Source: Verrucomicrobiota bacterium (GTDB lineage: Bacteria > Verrucomicrobiota > Kiritimatiellia > RFP12 > UBA1067). Taken from it: a stretch of 37,447 bases of DNA. Below are positions 24,167 to 32,138 of this stretch, piece by piece. The first letter of the stretch is position 1. Each line of letters opens with the position of its first letter. Location: positions 1 to 37,447 of the forward strand of contig JAEEZC010000363.1 of NCBI GenBank assembly GCA_016288465.1. The letters are read 5' to 3'. The notes below the pieces were generated by a model, which did not search any database, had not been told where the DNA came from, and saw only the letters and a list, made by a program, of their open reading frames with translations. A program made the position numbers and the translations under genes.

Positions 24167-25087
24167 TCAGAGATTCAAAAGCTTCTTCACGCCCTCGGCG
24201 GCCTTCTGCGCGCCAGTGCCTATAGTCTCGGCGGCCTTGCTCGCCCCGGTCCCGATCGCGTCCGCCGCCTTGCCGGCTCCGGAGCCGATGGCGTCGACGG
24301 CTTTGCCGGCGCCCGCGCCGACAAGACTGCCAAGCGCCTTCGCGCCGTCGCCGACCGCCATGGCGTTCTTGAGTATCGCCTGCCAGATCTTCTCGATCGC
24401 CTCGGTCAGCGTAAGTCCGTCCTCGGCCTTGCCAAGGTCCGTCAGCGTGATCGTGACAGGAATCGGAATCGTCACAAGCTTGTACTTGACCTTCACGCCG
24501 TCGATGGTGAGCCTGTCGATCACCACCTTCTTCGCAGCTTCCTCCTCGGCGGCCTTCTTCTCCTCGTAGGCCTTGCGCTCGTCGGCCGACATCTTCTCGA
24601 CCTTCGACTTCTCGGCGTCCTCCTCGGCGGCCTTCTTCGCGTCGGAGGCGATCTTGTTCGCCTTGTACTGGCTCTTGCCGCCGGCTATGTTGTACTGGAT
24701 CTGCTCGAAGTTGTTGTCGCCGTGCTCCCCGCCGTCGACGTAAGAGATGAACAGATCCTTGACCGTCACTTCCTCGATGTGCACGTACTTCTCTCCAAGC
24801 GTGCCCATCGCGACGTCCACGACAAGATTGGAAAGCGACAGCGCTATCGGCTCGCGGTACCCCCCGGGATTGCCCATGACCATGTCGCCGACGACAAGGC
24901 GCCCGTTGTACGGGTTGAGGGAAAGCTCGCCAAGCTTGAACGTCGTCTTCGTGAACGTCGGCACGAGCGCCTCCGCGGACGGCCTGGCCACAGGCCCGAG
25001 CCAGAGCGGCAGCGTCGCGACAAGAAGAACCACAATCGCCAGCAGCAGGCCAACAGTGAACAACAGGAACTTAAGGAACTTTTTCAT
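24167..25087 (-). CDS. N-terminally anchored AsmA/DUF748-like envelope protein with a C-terminal 11-residue repeat tail
   Basis: GGGAGG SD. TM segment FLLFTVGLLLAIVVLLVATL. An LSLNPYNGRLVVGDMVMGNPGGY...IEEVTVKDLFISYV pattern as in AsmA-like/DUF748 proteins (weak). Confidence 0.6.
   Translation of the reverse strand: MKKFLKFLLFTVGLLLAIVVLLVATLPLWLGPVARPSAEALVPTFTKTTFKLGELSLNPYNGRLVVGDMVMGNPGGYREPIALSLSNLVVDVAMGTLGEKYVHIEEVTVKDLFISYVDGGEHGDNNFEQIQYNIAGGKSQYKANKIASDAKKAAEEDAEKSKVEKMSADERKAYEEKKAAEEEAAKKVVIDRLTIDGVKVKYKLVTIPIPVTITLTDLGKAEDGLTLTEAIEKIWQAILKNAMAVGDGAKALGSLVGAGAGKAVDAIGSGAGKAADAIGTGASKAAETIGTGAQKAAEGVKKLLNL
24188..24352 (-). repeat. Five tandem 33-bp (11-aa) coding repeats, G-x-G-A-x-K-A-x-x-x-I
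   Basis: GDGAKALGSLV / GAGAGKAVDAI / GSGAGKAADAI / GTGASKAAETI / GTGAQKAAEGV, at residues 246-300 of the 306-aa protein. Confidence 0.85.
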
Positions 25088-25109
25088 TTTCGGTATTCCT
25101 CCCTTTCGC

Positions 25110-25682
25110 CTATTTCAGACTGTCAACAGTGATCTTCGTGCGGTGCCCCGAGCCAAGAGTCTCGACTTCGAGCACGTTCGCCATCCATCTCTCGCCGAAC
25201 TTCTTGAGCCGCGTCCCCCACAGCCTCCTGACGGGCTGTCCGCCCTTCAGCTCCTCGGCCTGCATCAGTGCTCCGGTCTTGCGGTCTATCCAGAGCCTCA
25301 CGCTTCTGTCGGTTTTGCTCATGACCACGACCGCGCACGTCTGGCCGTTCACGGTCTCGCCGTCCTTCTCCCTGTCGGCGGACACGTCGTCCCACCAAAG
25401 GTACTCGAGCGAAAGGTCGCTCCACGACACGTCGGTCCCAAGCACGCTCCCCGAGCCTGACTGGGGCGGCTCGAGCTTGCCGCCGTCCACCGAAAGCCGC
25501 GTCGCCGAGTTGGTGCGGACGAGGTCGTACGTATGCTCCGCCTGGACGACTCCGCGGCGGTTGCGCATCACGATCCGCCCCGAAAGCTCCACGCTCTCCG
25601 GCATCATCGCCCTGCATCGCGCAACGAGTTCCCTCGGCGTCGCGTTGGTGGCGATTGCGAGGCTCGCCAGAAGGAGGATCAT
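25110..25682 (-). CDS. LolA-like / outer-membrane lipoprotein-sorting-like protein
   Basis: A signal peptide and a 190-aa beta-rich protein; the pattern W.D..tG....E........R.......F...W....EV resembles the LolA/LppX-fold sorting family (weak). ATGA overlap with the upstream TPR gene. Confidence 0.5.
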   Translation of the reverse strand: MILLLASLAIATNATPRELVARCRAMMPESVELSGRIVMRNRRGVVQAEHTYDLVRTNSATRLSVDGGKLEPPQSGSGSVLGTDVSWSDLSLEYLWWDDVSADREKDGETVNGQTCAVVVMSKTDRSVRLWIDRKTGALMQAEELKGGQPVRRLWGTRLKKFGERWMANVLEVETLGSGHRTKITVDSLK

Positions 25683-26554
25683 TTGAGCAGCTCCTCCAGC
25701 TCGTCGTCGACGGGACCGCCGATCGTGCGACCCGTCTCGTAGTAGCGCTTGGCGCTTGCCTTCTTTTCCGGCTGGGTGCGAAGATACAGCAGAGCCATGT
25801 TGTAGTATGCGAAATAGTCCCTGGGATTCGAGAATATCGCCTGGTCAAGCGTGCTCTCGGCATCGCTGAACTTGCCCCGCGCAATCTCGATCGCGGCGCG
25901 GATGTTTAGCGCCGCGGCGCCGTTCGGCTTCTCCGTCAGCATGTCCTCGACCAGTATCGAAGCGGTCTCCAGGTCGCCGTCTGCGATCGCCTTCAGCGCG
26001 CGCTCCCTCTTCGTCATCCTGCGCCCCTTCGCCTTGGACTTCTTCTGCCGTCTTGCGACCGGCGCGGGCTCCACGGCGTCCTTGGGGCTTCCCTCGTCGC
26101 CCTCGATCGCTTCGCCCGACTCCTCGGGCTTCTCCTTCTCCGAAGCCTTGGCCATCGCGGCCTTCTCTGCGGCCAGCTTCTTCTCAAGCTCTGTCGTGTC
26201 GCTCACGGCGACGGCCCGCGCGTTGTCGCGCACCTGGGTGAGCAGCATGGAGTCAATCGCGGCGTTCACGTACGCGCGCTTCGTCTTGAGCGTCGCGAAC
26301 TCGGGCTTCTCGACCCGGTCTGGATTCTCGCGCTCCACCCTGTCGAGCTCTTCAAGCGCCGCACGGTACTTCTCCACAGCCTCGTTGACCTTTCCATCGC
26401 TCGCAAGGTCGCTCGCCTCGTCGATGAGCAGCGACGCAGCCTCCATAAGCTCGGAAAGCCGCGGCTCGGACTTCTCCGAACCGCCGAAGGGCCACCAGCA
26501 CCAGCCCGCAAGCGCGAAATTCAGTACTGCAAGGAAAACAAGATACTTCTTCAT
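25679..26554 (-). CDS. Secreted/anchored TPR-repeat protein
   Basis: The start MKKYLVFLAVLNFALAG acts as a signal or anchor. TPR-like helices lie at both ends (VEKYRAALEEL; ALNIRAAIEIARGKFSDAESTLDQAI..NPRDYFAYYNMALLY), with a charged linker between them. Confidence 0.7.
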   Translation of the reverse strand: MKKYLVFLAVLNFALAGWCWWPFGGSEKSEPRLSELMEAASLLIDEASDLASDGKVNEAVEKYRAALEELDRVERENPDRVEKPEFATLKTKRAYVNAAIDSMLLTQVRDNARAVAVSDTTELEKKLAAEKAAMAKASEKEKPEESGEAIEGDEGSPKDAVEPAPVARRQKKSKAKGRRMTKRERALKAIADGDLETASILVEDMLTEKPNGAAALNIRAAIEIARGKFSDAESTLDQAIFSNPRDYFAYYNMALLYLRTQPEKKASAKRYYETGRTIGGPVDDELEELLK

Positions 26555-26573
26555 GATTGGACTATTTTTGGAT

Positions 26574-26582
26574 ATTATACCA
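26574..26582 (-). promoter_or_regulatory. Extended -10 box TGGTATAAT, 19 nt before the ATG at 26554
   Basis: The minus strand reads tgTGGTATAATatccaaaaatagtccaatcATG, with no SD in the short leader. Confidence 0.5.
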
Positions 26583-26586
26583 CAAA

Positions 26587-26886
26587 TCAGGGCGATGCGG
26601 GGAAAAGACGGTCCAGAATCTGCTCGGCCGGTGTGTAGGACTTCTTGCTGTTGTTGCACTCCTTGCAGCACGGCACGCAGTTGCTGCGCGTGGACCTCCC
26701 TCCGCGTGAAACCGGTATCACGTGGTCCAGCGTCAGAGCCTCCACGCCGACGTTTCTGTGGCAGTAGTGGCAAACCCCCTTCGCGATCTGCGCCTTCCAC
26801 CAGTCCGTCTTGCGCAGCTCGCGGGCCTTTTCGCGCTCCCTGCGCACGTGCGCCGGGTCCGGATTTAGATCAAGCCAGTCTTCCAC
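26587..26886 (-). CDS. Small HNH endonuclease
   Basis: CHYCHRNVGVEALTLDHVIPVSRGGRSTRSNCVPCCKECNNSKK (CxxC...DH...N...CxxCN). The GTG at 26886 is preferred as start because the ATG at 26955 would overlap the upstream gene by 64 nt; the start remains uncertain. Confidence 0.75.
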   Translation of the reverse strand: MEDWLDLNPDPAHVRREREKARELRKTDWWKAQIAKGVCHYCHRNVGVEALTLDHVIPVSRGGRSTRSNCVPCCKECNNSKKSYTPAEQILDRLFPASP

Positions 26887-26891
26887 AGCCG

Positions 26892-27236
26892 TCAGCCCCT
26901 GAATACGAAGTAGACCGCCGCGAAGATGCAGACTGCCGCCGCGGCGTAGTTCCATGAAACCGGCTGCTTCATCACCAGTATGGAGAATGGAACGAACATG
27001 ACAAGCGCCACGGCCTCCTGGATTATCTTGAGCTGCTCAAGGCTCATTGTCTTGGATCCGATCCTGTTCGCCGGCACCGCCAGGCAGTACTCGGCCAGCG
27101 CGATGGACCACGAGACGAGAATGACCATCCAAAGCGGCGCCCCCGAGAGACTCCTCAGATGTCCGTACCATGCATACAGCATTATCAGGTTCGATGCGCA
27201 GAGCAGCGCTACCGTAGTCCAGCAGAAGTTTTGCAT
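26892..27236 (-). CDS. DMT-superfamily small membrane protein (DUF486 family)
   Basis: AWYGHL...SWSIALAEYCLAVPANRIG...EQLKIIQEAVALVMFVPFS matches the DUF486/DMT_6 consensus recalled from Pfam; 114 aa with 4 TM segments. Confidence 0.8.
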   Translation of the reverse strand: MQNFCWTTVALLCASNLIMLYAWYGHLRSLSGAPLWMVILVSWSIALAEYCLAVPANRIGSKTMSLEQLKIIQEAVALVMFVPFSILVMKQPVSWNYAAAAVCIFAAVYFVFRG

Positions 27237-27240
27237 CCTG

Positions 27241-28218
27241 TCATTTCCTTGTTGCCGTTACCAGCCAGTGCGGCATCGGCGGCGGCGCAACGCGGGTTTC
27301 GTCGGGCTCGAAGCCGGCGGAACGCATCCACCCCTTCAGCTCTTCGTCGGAGAAGACCCATCCGTTGTGTGTCGTGAGCGCCATGTTGACTGCGAAAAGA
27401 GCGGAGAACTTCGGCGAAGTGCGCGTCGCGTCGGTCATCATGTCCAGAACCATCAGCCGTCCGCCCTCCCTCAGCGCGCGGCATGCCCTCCCGAGAATGC
27501 ACGATATCTGCTCCGGGCTTTCCTGGTGGAGCGCGCCGAAGATGGTGACGACGTCGTAGGCGCCTTCTTCGTAGTTGTCGGAATGATAGTCTCCGACACG
27601 GCATTCGATGCGGTCCGAAAGCCCGAATCTCGCAACGTACGACGCGGCTTCCGCGGATATCGCCGGCAGATCCACCGTAACGCAGCTCATGTCCGGATTC
27701 GCCTGGCACATCAGTATTGCATATGCGCCTGGTCCGCCCGCAAGATCCAGCACCCGCCCTTCAAGTCGCCCAAGCATCGGCACGATGCCTCTGCCAATGC
27801 CCATAGCCCGTCCAAACATTGCCGCGGCAAAGGCCTTTGTCCGGGCAACGTCCTCGCCAAGGTGCGTCTCCGGCCGCTCTACCGGCCTACCCGTCCTGGC
27901 GAGCTCCGAAAGCCTTCCCCAGACCGGGTAGACGTCCATGTTGTAGCGTATCGCCTTCGTGAGGTCCGCATGCTCTCCCGGAATCAGCGCCGCCTTCGAC
28001 GCCTGCGTGTTGAAGTAGGCCCCGTCCCGCTTTTCGAGCAGGCCCTCGGCTACGCATGCATCCAGCAGCAGCCTCATGCCCCTTCCGGGCTCCGCAGCGC
28101 CAGCTCCGAACTCGCCCGCCTCCACGCGAGCGAAAACGTCGCAGTCGACGGCGGCAAACAGAACGGCGCTTCCATAGTACGCGCTGGCAAGATCGACTAT
28201 GTCCTGTACGGATTTCAC
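27241..28218 (-). CDS. Class I SAM-dependent O-methyltransferase (Methyltransf_2 type with an N-terminal dimerisation/winged-helix domain)
   Basis: SAM motif VLDLAGGPGAY, then DLP, GDYH, VTIFGALH, GGRLMVLDMM. The GTG start at 28218 overlaps the upstream stop (GTGA) and is preceded by GGAGGAGG. Confidence 0.8.
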   Translation of the reverse strand: MKSVQDIVDLASAYYGSAVLFAAVDCDVFARVEAGEFGAGAAEPGRGMRLLLDACVAEGLLEKRDGAYFNTQASKAALIPGEHADLTKAIRYNMDVYPVWGRLSELARTGRPVERPETHLGEDVARTKAFAAAMFGRAMGIGRGIVPMLGRLEGRVLDLAGGPGAYAILMCQANPDMSCVTVDLPAISAEAASYVARFGLSDRIECRVGDYHSDNYEEGAYDVVTIFGALHQESPEQISCILGRACRALREGGRLMVLDMMTDATRTSPKFSALFAVNMALTTHNGWVFSDEELKGWMRSAGFEPDETRVAPPPMPHWLVTATRK

Positions 28219-29258
28219 GAGAACACCTCCTCCATCAGCGCGGCGCAGCGCCCGCAGTGCGAACAGTCGTTGGCGCGGGGACATTCTCGCACATCGTCCC
28301 AAAGCGGCTTCTTCGCGTCGAACGCCGCATTGCGGAAGCTTCTTGGAAAGACATGCCGTGCGTCCATCAGGTCAGCGAGGTTGCCGTCGAAGGACCTCGT
28401 TGCATAGGCGTCTACGATCATCTCGGGGAACGGATGCCTTCTCGTCGCGAGCTTCACGACGTCGACGAACGGCTCGTAGAGCGGCAGGTCCTCCGGCCTC
28501 AGCCACGTCGAGCGCAGGAAGTCCTCGTACCTGCCCTGGGCATAGTTCTCCTTGCAGATGAACACCGAAAAGCCGAATCCCTCGCCGACCTTCGACTGCG
28601 CGATTCGGTTGTGCCCGTGGAGATTGTCGTGGAACGTCTGGTACGGACACTGACGCAGGCAGCCCGAGTTCGCCTGTATTCCGATCGTCTTTCCGTGCGC
28701 ATGCGCCCAGTCCGCCATGCCCTTCAGCCACTCCGTCTCGCGATGGCGCTCGCGAGAGGCGTAGAACGAGTCGAAAAGGCCAATTATCGGCTCGAACCCG
28801 ACGGAGCCGTGGACGCGCTGGTTCACGCTGAGCCTGATCTTCACCTGCGGGAACCGCTGGCGCAGAACCGTCGCGATGAACGGAGACGTCGTCGTCACCG
28901 TCTCGGGCAGAAGCCCTTCCGCGTCCATCTCTCGAAGCACCCTCCCGACGAAGTCCGCAAGCTCCGGCGAAATGGCGAGATCGCCGTAGCAGTTGCAGTT
29001 GAAGAGCGTGTCCAGCTCGATGCCGTTTTCGCGTGCCCATCTGAGGTCGTCGATCTGCCGCGCCCTGAGCTCGGGCGTGTACTCCGGCGCCGGCCTGCAG
29101 CTGAGCACGCCGGGCCAGGCGAAGAAGACCTCTCGTATTCTGCCAAGATGCCTGCCGCAGACTTCCTTGAAGTCCGCGTTGCAGAACCATCCCACTGCCA
29201 GTTTGCGGTCGTTGTCCATCACAGACGGTATAACGGTGTTCGCCATCGCCAGGTTCAT
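28215..29258 (-). CDS. Uncharacterised TIM-barrel-like protein with a weak peptidase-U32-family (UbiU/UbiV/TrhP-like) resemblance and a C-terminal CX5CX2CX2C cluster
   Basis: ARENGIELDTLFNCNC...LPETVTTTSPFIATVLRQRFPQVKIRLSVNQRV...IGIQANSGCLRQCPYQ parallels the U32 layout (yaH..g.kvyvtlN / D.G.i.lvre..P.l.ih.S.q.nv / vhGalC..ySG.C). The C-terminus is CPRANDCSHCGRC. The ATG at 29258 gives an ATGA overlap with the upstream gene. Confidence 0.35.
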   Translation of the reverse strand: MNLAMANTVIPSVMDNDRKLAVGWFCNADFKEVCGRHLGRIREVFFAWPGVLSCRPAPEYTPELRARQIDDLRWARENGIELDTLFNCNCYGDLAISPELADFVGRVLREMDAEGLLPETVTTTSPFIATVLRQRFPQVKIRLSVNQRVHGSVGFEPIIGLFDSFYASRERHRETEWLKGMADWAHAHGKTIGIQANSGCLRQCPYQTFHDNLHGHNRIAQSKVGEGFGFSVFICKENYAQGRYEDFLRSTWLRPEDLPLYEPFVDVVKLATRRHPFPEMIVDAYATRSFDGNLADLMDARHVFPRSFRNAAFDAKKPLWDDVRECPRANDCSHCGRCAALMEEVFS

Positions 29259-30394
29259 TCCGACGCCGCGACCGTGCATCGCCTTCCGTGCGTGCCCCTG
29301 ACGACGCCGCGGCAGAACATGAACAGCTCCTTCGGATCGTAGCCCGGCTTGTTGTGTATGTCCACGTGCGAGGCGAAGTCGGGCGCCTCCCGCTTGTCAG
29401 TCCACCATGCGTATTCGCACCACGAGCCGGGCTTCGCAAGCAGAACCACCGCGTCCTCGGGCATGCCCTCCGTCTCGCCGCGCTCCAGTTCGCCCGTCGA
29501 GAGAAGCTTCTCCGCCGCCTCGTTCCGCTTTTCGCCTATGACTACGCAGCATTCGTGGTCGCACATCGCAAAGGCCTCGGACTGATGGAAGTCGGGGTAC
29601 GACATCCCCTTCACCGTCCTAGTTCTGAAGAGCCCTTCGTGTCTGAGCAGGACGTTGGGCCTGATCGGATCCGCGGTGACCTCAGTTATCTCGTAGTCGC
29701 CCGTGACCTTGAGGACGCATCCGCGCCTCATGCAGACGTCCGAAATGCGCTCCAGCTGCCTTCTGAACTCCTTGAGCGCCGCAATCGCCTCCGGCGAGCC
29801 CGGTCCGCTCTTCTGCGCGGCGTAGTCGAGCGTCGGCAGATAGAGATACGCCTCGTCGACGTCGTGGACCTCCGTCATCTCCGCGAAGTACCTCACGCAC
29901 ATGCGCCCGACCTTAGGCGAAGCGAAAGGCCCCCAGTATCGCCAAAGGGGAAAGCCTCCGCACAGCTTCTTCAGCACCGACGCCATGCCAGTCGGCTTCG
30001 TGTAGCACGACATGACCATTCCGCCGCCGTGCTTGTGTATCGGCGCAGGCGAGATGACGACGTCCGCCTCTTCGCCAAGCGACTGCTGCAGAAAGAAGAG
30101 ACCGACCCTGCCGCCCGCCTTGCGCATGTCGGACCATACGCGACGCCCCTTAACTATCTCGGAGCTCTGCTCCCAGAAGAACGGGCGACGCAGCTCCTTC
30201 GACCACCATCCGTTGCCGACGATCCCGGTCTCCGCCGGCGTAAGCCCAGTCCGCAGTTCCGCCTGCGCGACGCACGTAACCGCGGGAAAGCACGACCGCT
30301 CGGGACGGAAGCGGAGCCCGGCCATCTCCAGCATGCCGTTCTGCTCGAGCATGCGATGGCCGAGTCCGGCCGCGATGACTGTCAGCTTCTTCAT
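29255..30394 (-). CDS. Alkaline-phosphatase-superfamily protein (type I phosphodiesterase/nucleotide pyrophosphatase-like)
   Basis: FPAVTCVAQAELRTGLTPAETGIVGNGWW corresponds to the NPP nucleophile region (P-S-x-T-x-P...TG..P..HGI.gN). Also present are MCDHE and HVDIHNKPGYDP. Confidence 0.6.
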   Translation of the reverse strand: MKKLTVIAAGLGHRMLEQNGMLEMAGLRFRPERSCFPAVTCVAQAELRTGLTPAETGIVGNGWWSKELRRPFFWEQSSEIVKGRRVWSDMRKAGGRVGLFFLQQSLGEEADVVISPAPIHKHGGGMVMSCYTKPTGMASVLKKLCGGFPLWRYWGPFASPKVGRMCVRYFAEMTEVHDVDEAYLYLPTLDYAAQKSGPGSPEAIAALKEFRRQLERISDVCMRRGCVLKVTGDYEITEVTADPIRPNVLLRHEGLFRTRTVKGMSYPDFHQSEAFAMCDHECCVVIGEKRNEAAEKLLSTGELERGETEGMPEDAVVLLAKPGSWCEYAWWTDKREAPDFASHVDIHNKPGYDPKELFMFCRGVVRGTHGRRCTVAASE

Positions 30395-30427
30395 TTCCGT
30401 TGACCGCGTCGCAGCTCAGGCGTCCCG

Positions 30428-31864
30428 TCAGAGCTGGGCCAGTTTCCTCGCGACGATGGGCCCGACGACCTTCGGGTCGGCCTTGCCCTTCGAAAGCTTC
30501 ATCACCTGCCCGACGAAGAAGCCCGCCGCCGCCTTCTTGCCCGCCTTGTAGTCGGCGACGCTCTTCGGATTTGCCGCGATCGCCTGGTCCACGAACGCCT
30601 CAAGCGCCGCGGTGTCGCTGACGGCGCCAAGCCCGCGCTCCTTCACGATCGCCTCGGGGTCGCCGCCCTTCTCGAATATCTCGGGCAGAAGCTCCTTCAT
30701 CGTCGGACCGTTGATCGTGCCGGCGACGGAAAGCCTGACAAGCGCCGCGAGAGAGGCCGGCGTCATCGCGCACTCGCCTATGGACTTGCCGCTCGCGTTC
30801 ATGAGCGCCATCACGTCCGACATGTAGAGGTTGCAGAGCGCCTTCGCGGTCTTCTTGTCGAGCCCCTTCGCCGCGGCCTCGTAGTAGTCGGCGTTCTCCT
30901 TGTGCTGCGAGAGGACTTCGGCGTCGTATTCCGCAATGCCGTACTCCTCTACCATACGCGCGCGGCGCGCCTCGGGCTTCTCGGGCAGCAGCGCGCGCCA
31001 CTCCTCTATCTGCTCCTCCGAAAGCTCCACGGGCACAAGGTCCGGCTCGGGGAAGTAGCGGTAGTCGTGCGCGTTCTCCTTGGAGCGCATCGAAGCCGTC
31101 TCAAGCGCCTCGGGATCCCACCTGCGCGTCTCCTGCACGATCGGTATGGAATGCGCCATGCACTCTCTCTGGCGGCGGGCCTCGTGCTCGAGCGCCGCGT
31201 GGATGCCTGAGAACGAGTTCATGTTCTTGATCTCGACCTTGGTGCCGAGCTTCGTCTCGCCGACGGGCCTGATGGAGATGTTGACGTCGGAGCGCATGTT
31301 GCCCTCTTCGAGGTTGCAGTCGCTGACGCCGGCGTAGACCAGCATCTCCTTGAGAGCCGTGAGATACGCGATCGCCTCGTCGGCGCTCGCCATGTCCGGC
31401 TCGGATACAATCTCCATCAGCGGAGTGCCGCCGCGGTTGAAGTCGACGCCGGACGTCGTCGCGTAGTGGTTGATCTTTGCCGCGTCCTCCTCAAGGTGGA
31501 TGTGGTTTATGCGTATCAGCTTCTTCGAGCCGTCCGCTAGCGTTATCTCGACGCCTCCGCCGATGCAGAGAGGACTGCCGTTCTCGGAGATCTGGTAGTC
31601 CTTCGCCATGTCGGGGTAGAAGTAGTTCTTGCGGTCGAACACGGCGTGCGGATTCACCTTGCAGCCCAGCATGAGCCCGCTCATCACGGTCAGCTTCACC
31701 GCCTCCTTGTTCATCACGGGCAGCGCGCCGGGATAGCCCAGGCACACCGGGCACACGTTGGTGTTAGGTTCGCAGCCGGTCTTCAGAAGGCAGCCGCAGA
31801 ACATCTTGGTCTTCGTCTTCAGCTGGACATGCGTCTCCAGCCCTATGGTGTTCTCGAAATCCAT
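30428..31864 (-). CDS. gatB: Asp-tRNA(Asn)/Glu-tRNA(Gln) amidotransferase subunit B
   Basis: IGLETHVQLKTKTKMFCGC...NTNVCPVCLGYPGALP, DFNRGGTPLMEIV, and a C-terminal YqeY-like tail; 478 aa. Confidence 0.92.
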   Translation of the reverse strand: MDFENTIGLETHVQLKTKTKMFCGCLLKTGCEPNTNVCPVCLGYPGALPVMNKEAVKLTVMSGLMLGCKVNPHAVFDRKNYFYPDMAKDYQISENGSPLCIGGGVEITLADGSKKLIRINHIHLEEDAAKINHYATTSGVDFNRGGTPLMEIVSEPDMASADEAIAYLTALKEMLVYAGVSDCNLEEGNMRSDVNISIRPVGETKLGTKVEIKNMNSFSGIHAALEHEARRQRECMAHSIPIVQETRRWDPEALETASMRSKENAHDYRYFPEPDLVPVELSEEQIEEWRALLPEKPEARRARMVEEYGIAEYDAEVLSQHKENADYYEAAAKGLDKKTAKALCNLYMSDVMALMNASGKSIGECAMTPASLAALVRLSVAGTINGPTMKELLPEIFEKGGDPEAIVKERGLGAVSDTAALEAFVDQAIAANPKSVADYKAGKKAAAGFFVGQVMKLSKGKADPKVVGPIVARKLAQL

Positions 31865-31871
31865 AGGCGGT

Positions 31872-31880
31872 ATTATACCA
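31872..31880 (-). promoter_or_regulatory. Extended -10 box TGGTATAAT, 7 nt before the gatB ATG at 31864
   Basis: The minus strand reads tttttGGTATAATaccgcctATG. Confidence 0.55.
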
Positions 31881-32071
31881 AAAATTCTTGAACACGACGT
31901 TGTACCGCGACGGCTCTTCTTCGCTCAGCAGGCAGATGTCGGCGTAGACTGCGTACGACTTGGCCTCCGTCTTCAGCTTTCCCAAGAGCCCACGGTTCAG
32001 CATTGTCAGGTTTTCCGGGCGGTCCGCCCCCTCGTCTCCGTAGATCACACATATTCCCTAATCTTCTCGAA

Positions 32072-32138
32072 TCGAATTTCATACGTTGGAAAAATCGAAA
32101 ACCAAACCAAATTTCCGTTTCCAACGTTGGAAATTCGA
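32072..32138. promoter_or_regulatory. Imperfect 21-nt inverted repeat (32072-32092 / 32118-32138) whose right arm overlaps a perfect 16-bp palindrome TTTCCAACGTTGGAAA (32118-32133)
   Basis: TCGAATTTC-ata-CGTTGGAAA ... TTTCCAACG-ttg-GAAATTCGA. A third TTCCAACG half-site lies at 32193-32200. The repeat sits in an AT-rich island about 200 nt upstream of the gatB promoter. Confidence 0.5.

Noticed and set aside
26887-26955. The ATG at 26955 as the start of the HNH gene
   Set aside because: It would overlap the DUF486 gene by 64 nt, and the extra 23 residues are Gly/Leu/Arg filler. The in-frame GTG at 26886, 5 nt after the upstream stop, is preferred, though the start remains uncertain.
29255-30394. 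The idea that the alkaline-phosphatase-superfamily protein is a BREX PglZ
   Set aside because: It is far shorter than PglZ proteins. The motifs fit the NPP/phosphodiesterase type, and no BrxA/B/C/L or PglX genes are adjacent.
31764-32048. A 94-aa minus-strand ORF beginning MIYGDEGADRPENLTMLNRG that runs over the gatB promoter and start
   Set aside because: It overlaps gatB out of frame and its second half is read-through of promoter and coding DNA. The first roughly 50 codons might be a gene relic, but I recognise no family. It is not called.
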